Shown here piece after piece: positions 9,624 to 15,848 of a stretch of 25,846 nt of DNA. The stretch comes from a bacterium (GTDB taxonomy: Bacteria > SZUA-182 > DTGQ01 > JAFGSM01), in contig JBLIRP010000057.1 in the NCBI GenBank assembly GCA_049472355.1, forward strand, positions 1 through 25,846. Direction: 5' to 3'. The position numbers and the translations under genes were made by a program. Within the stretch, counting starts at the first letter, position 1. Each line of letters starts with the position of its first letter. The notes below the pieces were generated by a model. The model did no database searches and was not told the origin of the DNA. It worked only from the letters and a program-made list of their open reading frames with translations.

Positions 9624-10032
9624 GCTCGGGGAATTCACAAAATATTGGCTCCCGCCCATTCTCTATGCATTCATAATATTCTACCTTTCCTCTCAATCCT
9701 CGATCTCCGTCGGTCCTGATATCCCCCACATCGACAAGCTCTACCATACGGGCATCTACTTTGTCTTTGCCCTCCTTCTCTGGCGGGCATTTCACTATTA
9801 TTCCCCCCCCTTTCTTCAAAAAAGGGCAATATGGTGCGCCCTTATCTGCACGGTCATCTTCGGTATGAGTGATGAATGGCATCAGCTTTTTGTATCCTTC
9901 AGACATGCGGACGTCTTTGACCTGCTGTTCGATTCGGTTGGTGCAAGCCTGGCCATAATCGGCGTCACCTGGTGGAATAGTGGACAAAAAAACGAGAGAA
10001 AAGGGTTGGACCGGAAGGAATATCAGGTCTAA
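9613..10032 (+). CDS. VanZ-like family membrane protein
   Basis: IFYLSSQ, DKLYH..Y, SDEWHQLFV..R.ADVFDL..D..G, with hydrophobic segments. Confidence 0.88.
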   Translation: MRCRLGEFTKYWLPPILYAFIIFYLSSQSSISVGPDIPHIDKLYHTGIYFVFALLLWRAFHYYSPPFLQKRAIWCALICTVIFGMSDEWHQLFVSFRHADVFDLLFDSVGASLAIIGVTWWNSGQKNERKGLDRKEYQV

Positions 10033-10690
10033 CGGGGATTTGACTTCGATTTACCATGCCCTTTATCACCGATTCGGACCGCAGCACTGGTGGCCGGGTG
10101 AGACCCCGTTCGAGATCGTTATCGGAGCGATCCTGACCCAGAATACGGCATGGGCGAATGTATCCCGGGCCATCGACAATCTCAAGCAAGCCGGGTGCCT
10201 CGATCCCGAAGCCCTCCATCGAGCCAGTGTCGCAGAGCTTGCTCCGCTCATCCGCCCCTCGGGCTATTTTCAATTAAAGGCCGCGCGTCTCAAGGAATTT
10301 ATTGACTACCTCTTCCGGACCTATGGGGGCGACCTCACACAAATGCTCAATAGAAAAACGCCCTTGTTAAGGGAAGAGTTATTGAGCATCAAGGGGATCG
10401 GTCCGGAAACCGCCGACTCCGTAATCCTCTATGCCGCGCAAAAGCCTATTTTTGTGGTTGACGCGTATACCAAACGGGTATTTTCACGGCATGGTTTCTT
10501 CCCGGAAGATTGGGGGTACCATGACGTTCAGTCTTTTTTCATGAATAGACTGCCGAAGGACGTCGATGTATATAATGAGTATCATGCGTTGCTCGTCAGG
10601 CTCGCCAAGACACATTGCAAAACGAGGCCGATCTGCGATCAGTGTCCGCTTGCATATGACTTGAGCGAGCGCAACAGGGGGATTCAATGA
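9980..10690 (+). CDS. Endonuclease III-like HhH-GPD DNA glycosylase (start uncertain, may be about 10040)
   Basis: WWPGETPFEIVIGAILTQNTAW.NV, HhH motif LLSIKGIGPETAD, VVDAYT, and a C-terminal Cys cluster. Confidence 0.9.
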   Translation: MDKKTREKGWTGRNIRSNGDLTSIYHALYHRFGPQHWWPGETPFEIVIGAILTQNTAWANVSRAIDNLKQAGCLDPEALHRASVAELAPLIRPSGYFQLKAARLKEFIDYLFRTYGGDLTQMLNRKTPLLREELLSIKGIGPETADSVILYAAQKPIFVVDAYTKRVFSRHGFFPEDWGYHDVQSFFMNRLPKDVDVYNEYHALLVRLAKTHCKTRPICDQCPLAYDLSERNRGIQ

Positions 10691-11409
10691 GTGAACTAAA
10701 GGCGATCTTTTTCGACATCGATGACACGCTTTTCTCCACCTCTGAGTTCGCTCGGGCCGCACGGCTGAATAGTGTCTATGCCATGATCCGTGCAGGTCTG
10801 AAATGCAATGTCAACGAGTGCATCCAGGAGCTCAAAGAGGTCACCGAGGAATTCGGCCCGAACTACGAGCACCACTATGATCGCCTTCTCTTGCGCCTTC
10901 CGAAGGAGGCTTACAAGGGCATCAATTCCGCCGTCATCGTTGCCGCCGGGGTGGTGGCATACCACCAGACCAAAAACAGCAGCCTCAAGCCGTACGATGA
11001 CGTGGTGGAGATCCTGCGCATCCTCTCCGGCACCGAGATCATTCTCGGCATCATCACCGCAGGATTGAAGATAAAACAGGCTGAGAAACTGGTGCGGCTC
11101 GACCTCCTGAAATTCCTCAACCCCCAGGCGATCTTTATAACCGACCAGATCGGGATCGGTAAACCGAATGTAAAACTTTACAAAAACGCCTGCGACTCAC
11201 TGGGGCTCGATCCGAAAACGTGCATGTATGTAGGCGATAACCCTCTCACCGATATCGACCCCCCCAACAAGCTGGGCATGATCACCGTGTTGAATCGCAG
11301 GAGCGGAAGGTATGTCGCCATTGAGGGAAAGACCCGCCCCCGTTATGCCATAAGCGATATGTGGGATCTCATGAAGATCATCAAGGAGGAATTCGGGATT
11401 CCCGTATAG
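10687..11409 (+). CDS. HAD-superfamily hydrolase (TIGR02253-like)
   Basis: Motif I FFDIDDTL, motif II IITAG, GKP, motif IV YVGDNPLTD. The start overlaps the upstream stop (ATGA). Confidence 0.9.
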   Translation: MSELKAIFFDIDDTLFSTSEFARAARLNSVYAMIRAGLKCNVNECIQELKEVTEEFGPNYEHHYDRLLLRLPKEAYKGINSAVIVAAGVVAYHQTKNSSLKPYDDVVEILRILSGTEIILGIITAGLKIKQAEKLVRLDLLKFLNPQAIFITDQIGIGKPNVKLYKNACDSLGLDPKTCMYVGDNPLTDIDPPNKLGMITVLNRRSGRYVAIEGKTRPRYAISDMWDLMKIIKEEFGIPV

Positions 11410-11424
11410 CGCCCTGCAGTCGCC

Positions 11425-12399
11425 TCACGGAAGGGCAAGTGCCATAATCGACACCAGGATGCCATGACGGAAGACATTCGGCCTTCCGGGATTCGTTACC
11501 CCGAAGGAACCGTCCTTTTTCTGTTGATCGATGATGAATTGTATTCCCCGCTCGATAGAGGGGACGCCTTTGAGGTGGAGTATCTTCGCACACATGATCA
11601 CCTCCGCGAGGATATCGATGTGCTTTGCAGTGATCGACCATTGAATAATGGAATCGAAGAGATCCGCAAAAAAGGCCTGGTTCTCGATGATGATCGGGGG
11701 AGGGGGAAGCTCCCCGAAATCGGTCAGGGAAAATATCTCGTGGGTGATATCATAGGTGGTAATCGATACAGGATCTATATACATCGGGTCGAACTGTCCC
11801 TTCACATGCTGGTACAGAAGCCGCTGCTGCACCTCCCTTACCAGTGTGCTCCTGGACATGATCTCCTCGAGCCCCCTGCGGGGATTGAACCCCATTCGCT
11901 CGAGGTATACCGTATTCCATATGCTTGTTGTCACATGGGGTGGATAGAGCAGGGGACTGGAAAGCAACCGTTGTTCGATGATCGTTCGAAAATCAATTAT
12001 CTGCAGCCCCATCTTTTCTGAGATGGACGCTATTGCCAAAAACATGGTGTAGTCGGAGGGTTGCGGGGTGAAATCATCCTTCGAGGCGATCAGTTCCAAC
12101 CGCTTTTGGATCTCACGGGTATAGCTATTTTTCAGGGAGGGTTCCTGTGTATTCCTGTGCAATATGTAAAAGGTAATGATCTCTTCGGATATTTCAACAA
12201 ACGGGCTGAAGGGGATTTCGGGAGAGTATTCGGCAAAGTGGGCAGGATGGGTATAGACCCATGAAAGGGCATTGCCGATGGCCCTGTCTACCGCAGCCTT
12301 GCCCGTATTCTTCGAAGTGCCCTTTGTGCACGAAATGATTGTTAAACTCACCAATATAATAATACCATGGGCTGCGATCTGCTTGCATCTTTGAATCAT
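11425..12399 (-). CDS. Hypothetical lipoprotein, alpha-helical, with a C-terminal prenyltransferase/squalene-oxidase-like repeat
   Basis: Lipobox-like IISC after a hydrophobic stretch, YDITHEIFSLTDFG, and GIQFIIDQQKKDGSFG. Start at 12399 after the RBS GGAGGGG. Confidence 0.65.
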   Translation of the reverse strand: MIQRCKQIAAHGIIILVSLTIISCTKGTSKNTGKAAVDRAIGNALSWVYTHPAHFAEYSPEIPFSPFVEISEEIITFYILHRNTQEPSLKNSYTREIQKRLELIASKDDFTPQPSDYTMFLAIASISEKMGLQIIDFRTIIEQRLLSSPLLYPPHVTTSIWNTVYLERMGFNPRRGLEEIMSRSTLVREVQQRLLYQHVKGQFDPMYIDPVSITTYDITHEIFSLTDFGELPPPPIIIENQAFFADLFDSIIQWSITAKHIDILAEVIMCAKILHLKGVPSIERGIQFIIDQQKKDGSFGVTNPGRPNVFRHGILVSIMALALP

Positions 12400-12704
12400 G
12401 TCCCCCCTCCGCTCCCGGCGAATCGAGCATTCCACCATTGTGCATCATCGGCACTCAGCGGTATGACACCGCCGAAGTTCAGAAAAATGTCCGTGTCTCA
12501 ATTGTCTATATTACTCAAGACGGTAATGCCTGGTCAATCCCCTGCATACTAATCGGTTTTTTCCCAACATACAAACCCGGTTTGTTCGGATATGCTCAAC
12601 AGTATATCTTGGTGTTATTAAGAAACAAGAAAAATCCTCCCTGCATCACTCATGAACATATCGCCCCACCTGAACGCAACCCCGAATATCGGAATTGCTG
12701 CGCC

Positions 12705-12733
12705 TTGACACCGGGGCAGGAATTTGCTAAAAA
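12705..12733 (+). promoter_or_regulatory. Sigma-70 promoter of tRNA-Val
   Basis: TTGACA-N17-TAAAAA with an extended -10 TG, about 40 nt upstream of the tRNA. Confidence 0.6.
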
Positions 12734-12774
12734 ATAGGGGTATCTGAGTGATATTCCATCCGGCAAAAAGAGGT

Positions 12775-12849
12775 GGGCGATTAGCTCAGTGGGAGAGCAC
12801 TGCCTTCACACGGCAGGGGTCACTGGTTCAAATCCAGTATCGCCTACCA
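12775..12849 (+). tRNA. tRNA-Val (anticodon CAC)
   Basis: Acceptor GGGCGAT/ATCGCCT followed by ACCA, D-arm GCTC..GAGC, anticodon arm CTGCC-TTCACAC-GGCAG, T-arm ACTGG-TTCAAAT-CCAGT. Confidence 0.97.
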
Positions 12850-12859
12850 TTTAAAATTC

Positions 12860-12905
12860 AAGGGGTTAGGTAACAATCTGATCCCCCTTTATTTTCTTGT
12901 TTTTT
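12860..12905 (+). terminator. Probable intrinsic terminator after tRNA-Val
   Basis: GGGGTTAG...CTGATCCC stem with two G-U pairs, followed by T-rich runs. Confidence 0.5.
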
Positions 12906-13102
12906 CCATTTTCCAACCCTATTCCCAACATTATATTTCTCCAAATCCCTTTATGCCAGTCTAATTCAATAAATCAATTTCAAAAAAAATCTGAGGGGGA
13001 AAAACAATAATTTTTGCGTCTATAGTATGCAGAAGGTCAAAAATCCTTTCGCGAAGGGGATCGAAAAGAAGACAACAATCAGACCTGTAAGGAGGCAATG
13101 AA

Positions 13103-13471
13103 ATGAAATCGAAGAGTTTAGTCAGATTTATGGTTATAGTTGTTGTGTTTTTGTTCACCTTTGCATCAATATGGCTAACAGGAAATAAGGTGCAGGCACA
13201 ATTTCTTCCTCCTTTTCCTATGTTTCTCCCTCCTGTTTACAGAACAGGCATAGAAACTCTATGCATAAATCCATATTCACCGGCAACCCTGCAAGCAGAT
13301 CCTATTATTACCTCGACCCGCATTGTCACTGATACTGTGAAAACTGCTGCGATTACTCCTCTTATCCCATTGTTCATATATAGCGAAGATAATGAAGACC
13401 ATATGATTGAGAAATCCGACGATAAACAGGCAATGATTGTGGCTGCGATTGGATTAATCCCTTTCTTTTAA
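13103..13471 (+). CDS. Small exported hypothetical protein with a Pro/Phe-rich mature N-terminus
   Basis: RBS AAGGAGG and a signal peptide ending VQA/Q. The mature chain starts QFLPPFPMFLPPVY. Confidence 0.7.
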   Translation: MKSKSLVRFMVIVVVFLFTFASIWLTGNKVQAQFLPPFPMFLPPVYRTGIETLCINPYSPATLQADPIITSTRIVTDTVKTAAITPLIPLFIYSEDNEDHMIEKSDDKQAMIVAAIGLIPFF

Positions 13472-13532
13472 CATCAAAATGGTGATGGTTAAGGGCGACT
13501 CTTGTTCGATACGAACTGCCGGGTGTATCTGT

Positions 13533-13563
13533 AAAAAGGCAGGGCCATTGCTGACCCTGCCTT
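13533..13563 (-). terminator. Intrinsic terminator between the convergent small genes
   Basis: Minus strand AAGGCAGGGTCA-GCAA-TGGCCCTGCCTT followed by further Ts. Confidence 0.75.
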
Positions 13564-13643
13564 CCACATACGCTGCAGGATTGGACGATCAGTTGATCGA
13601 CCCAAGAGACGGCATGCTCATGTCTTTGTAGTATATAAGCCGG

Positions 13644-14225
13644 CTATATCAAGGGAGCCGTGGCCACTGCCGGCCATAGTGCGCCGGTTGTAGGTGCTGT
13701 TGTGAACGTGGGGGCAAAGGCCGCCGTTGGCCAAAAAGAGGGAACCGCAAAGCTTACAGACGTGGCAGGGAACAGAGGGGCCGTTGGGAAAAAGCTGGTA
13801 ACCGGGGTCGGTGCAAAGGTCGGGGTAAAGGTCGGAAGCGCAGGCGTAAATGACGGTGCAACGGTCGGGGTGAAGGTTGGTGCAAAGGTCGGGGTAAGCG
13901 TCGGAAGTGTCGGGGCAAAGGTCGAAGCAAACGGCCACAACATGGCAGCCGGAAAGACTGCCCCGCCGGTTACGGGTAATGTCGGCGCGGTGGTGGGCGT
14001 AAATGTCGCTGTCGGCCACAGTGAAATGCCGCCCAGTGTGGAAGTGGGGAAGGTTGAGGCAAAAGGGAAGGTTGGCGCAGCAAGGGTTGTGAATCCCGGA
14101 GCAAGCGTGGTGGTTGTTGGAAATGTGGAAAAGGGTGGCAGGATTACGGCAGGTGCATACGACGATACAAGGCTGAAAATCGCAATCAATAGCAAACTGA
14201 TGTATATGTGCTTGAATGGTCTCAT
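13644..14225 (-). CDS. Exported, charge-free Pro/Thr/Phe/Ala-rich low-complexity protein
   Basis: RBS AGGGAG, Sec signal MRPFKH...SYAPA, PTF(T/A) repeats and four [LF]WP motifs, with a terminator downstream. Confidence 0.75.
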   Translation of the reverse strand: MRPFKHIYISLLLIAIFSLVSSYAPAVILPPFSTFPTTTTLAPGFTTLAAPTFPFASTFPTSTLGGISLWPTATFTPTTAPTLPVTGGAVFPAAMLWPFASTFAPTLPTLTPTFAPTFTPTVAPSFTPALPTFTPTFAPTPVTSFFPTAPLFPATSVSFAVPSFWPTAAFAPTFTTAPTTGALWPAVATAPLI

Positions 14226-14595
14226 TTACAATTCTCCCTAAACATTCGATGATGTTTAAACGTTAGGATTTTTAGGAAGAGATAAACAATATATTTTAAA
14301 TACTTGCAAGCCCCATTAACACATCACCTCCTTTGCCTGATGACGTATTCATCCTCATGGATGAATGTATGAGAGGCGCTTTCTTGCTCCGGTATATCGC
14401 AATAGACGAGACAAGGGATTTTTTCTTTTACGGGTCTTTCTGGTAAAGCAAATTTGAAATGAAAAGGGGCGTTCAGCTTGATCTATCGCCCAGTGACCCA
14501 TCATGTCCGCAAGAGACGGAAATAACGAAAACGGAGGGTGTGATATTCGTTCGGGCCGTCGGAGGAGGCAGACTGAGTAATGTGAGGCGAAGGTG

Positions 14596-15693
14596 CTATT
14601 GTGCGAAAAGCCCCTGGTATTCTTCGTATCCCTCCTTTTCCAGTTCATCCTTGTGTATGAAGCGGAGGGCTGCGGAATTGATGCAATAGCGAAGACCGGT
14701 GGGAGGAGGGCCGTCCTTGAACACATGTCCCAGGTGCGAGTCCGCATGACTGCTCCGCACCTCGGTCCTCTTTATAAATAGACTTCTGTCAGTCTTTTCT
14801 ATGATATTTTCCGGTTCGAGCGGTTTGGAAAAGCTGGGCCATCCGGTCCCGGAATCGAATTTGTCCACGGAACTGAACAGGGGCTCGCCCGAAACGATAT
14901 CCACATAGATCCCTTCCTGCTTGTTGTTCCAGTACTCGTTTTCAAAGGGCTTCTCCGTGCCGTTTTCCTGGGTCACCTTGTATTGAAGGGGGGTCAATCG
15001 TTCCTTGAGTTCCTTGTCGGATGGCTTCCGAAACCCTTGCCACGGATTTTTCTTACCGGTCACAACGTTCTTCTCCATGTCCTTACCCGATTGCTTCTTG
15101 ATATACCGCTCTCGTCCCGAACGGGAATGGTAATATTTGTATTGGGAGGGATATTTTTTGTGATAATCCTGGTGGTACTCCTCTGCCGGATAGAATGCGG
15201 ATGCGGGGAGAATCTCCGTCACAATGGGCTGCTCGAACCGCCCCGATTCGCTCAGCCGCATTTTCGATTCCTCGGCCATCCTTTTCTGATCCTCATCGTG
15301 ATAAAAGACAGCGGTGGTGTACTGTGTTCCCCTGTCCACAAACTGCCCCCCGGGGTCAGTGGGATCGATCTGGCCCCAGAAGATGTCGAGAAGGCGCTGG
15401 TAGGATATCCTCGAAGGGTCATAGACGATCTCAACCGCTTCGCGGTGTCCGGTGGCGCCTGAGGATACCTGCTCATAGGTGGGGTTCTCGATCTTTCCCC
15501 CGGTATATCCGGGGGTGACGGAAACGACCCCCTCCAGTGCCTCGAACGGCGGCTCCAAGCACCAGAAACATCCCCCGGCAAAGATGGCCTTCTCCAATTT
15601 CGTTCGTGCAGGAAGGCTTTGCCGGGCAAGGCCGAGAACACAGAAGGAAACCACAAGGCAGATAAACAACAATCTCATGCCCATATTTTTCAT
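14596..15693 (-). CDS. msrAB: Exported bifunctional peptide-methionine sulfoxide reductase MsrA/MsrB
   Basis: MsrA motifs [13 protein letters not shown] and [11 protein letters not shown]. MsrB motifs GTGWPSF, HLGHVF and [10 protein letters not shown]-terminal signal or TM helix. Start about 15693. Confidence 0.93.
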   Translation of the reverse strand: MKNMGMRLLFICLVVSFCVLGLARQSLPARTKLEKAIFAGGCFWCLEPPFEALEGVVSVTPGYTGGKIENPTYEQVSSGATGHREAVEIVYDPSRISYQRLLDIFWGQIDPTDPGGQFVDRGTQYTTAVFYHDEDQKRMAEESKMRLSESGRFEQPIVTEILPASAFYPAEEYHQDYHKKYPSQYKYYHSRSGRERYIKKQSGKDMEKNVVTGKKNPWQGFRKPSDKELKERLTPLQYKVTQENGTEKPFENEYWNNKQEGIYVDIVSGEPLFSSVDKFDSGTGWPSFSKPLEPENIIEKTDRSLFIKRTEVRSSHADSHLGHVFKDGPPPTGLRYCINSAALRFIHKDELEKEGYEEYQGLFAQ

Positions 15694-15782
15694 CCTCGAA
15701 ATTCCAATTTCATGAAGGACTTCCTGATCTACATAAAGACAATATATAAGGAAAAGTATATCCCACGTAACTTCACCAGTCA

Positions 15783-15812
15783 ATGCGAAGATAGTTCATG
15801 CGAAGATAGTTC
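15783..15812. repeat. Perfect 15-bp tandem duplication
   Basis: ATGCGAAGATAGTTC occurs twice in tandem in the intergenic region between the protease gene and msrAB. Confidence 0.9.
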
Positions 15813-15848
15813 CCCGGGGGATTTTCTTCGTGTGCAGTCCCCTCCGGA

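Noticed and set aside
12438..12737. 99-aa ORF upstream of the tRNA
   Set aside because: It starts at a non-ATG codon with no clear RBS, overlaps promoter DNA and has no recognisable features.
13035..13070. Resemblance to the P2 hairpin of a c-di-GMP-I riboswitch (…TTCGCGAAGGGGATCGAAAAG)
   Set aside because: There is no properly closed GNRA loop and no P3 or receptor half.
13660..14241. 193-aa antisense ORF (VGAKVGVKVG...)
   Set aside because: It shadows the repetitive minus-strand gene. The minus-strand ORF has the signal peptide, RBS and terminator.
14323..14334. ATCACCTCCTTT, identical to the 16S rRNA 3' end
   Set aside because: No rRNA sequence lies upstream. It is better explained as a Shine-Dalgarno on the minus strand.
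15783..15812. Repeat considered as a CRISPR remnant
   Set aside because: Only two adjacent 15-bp copies, with no spacer and no cas genes.
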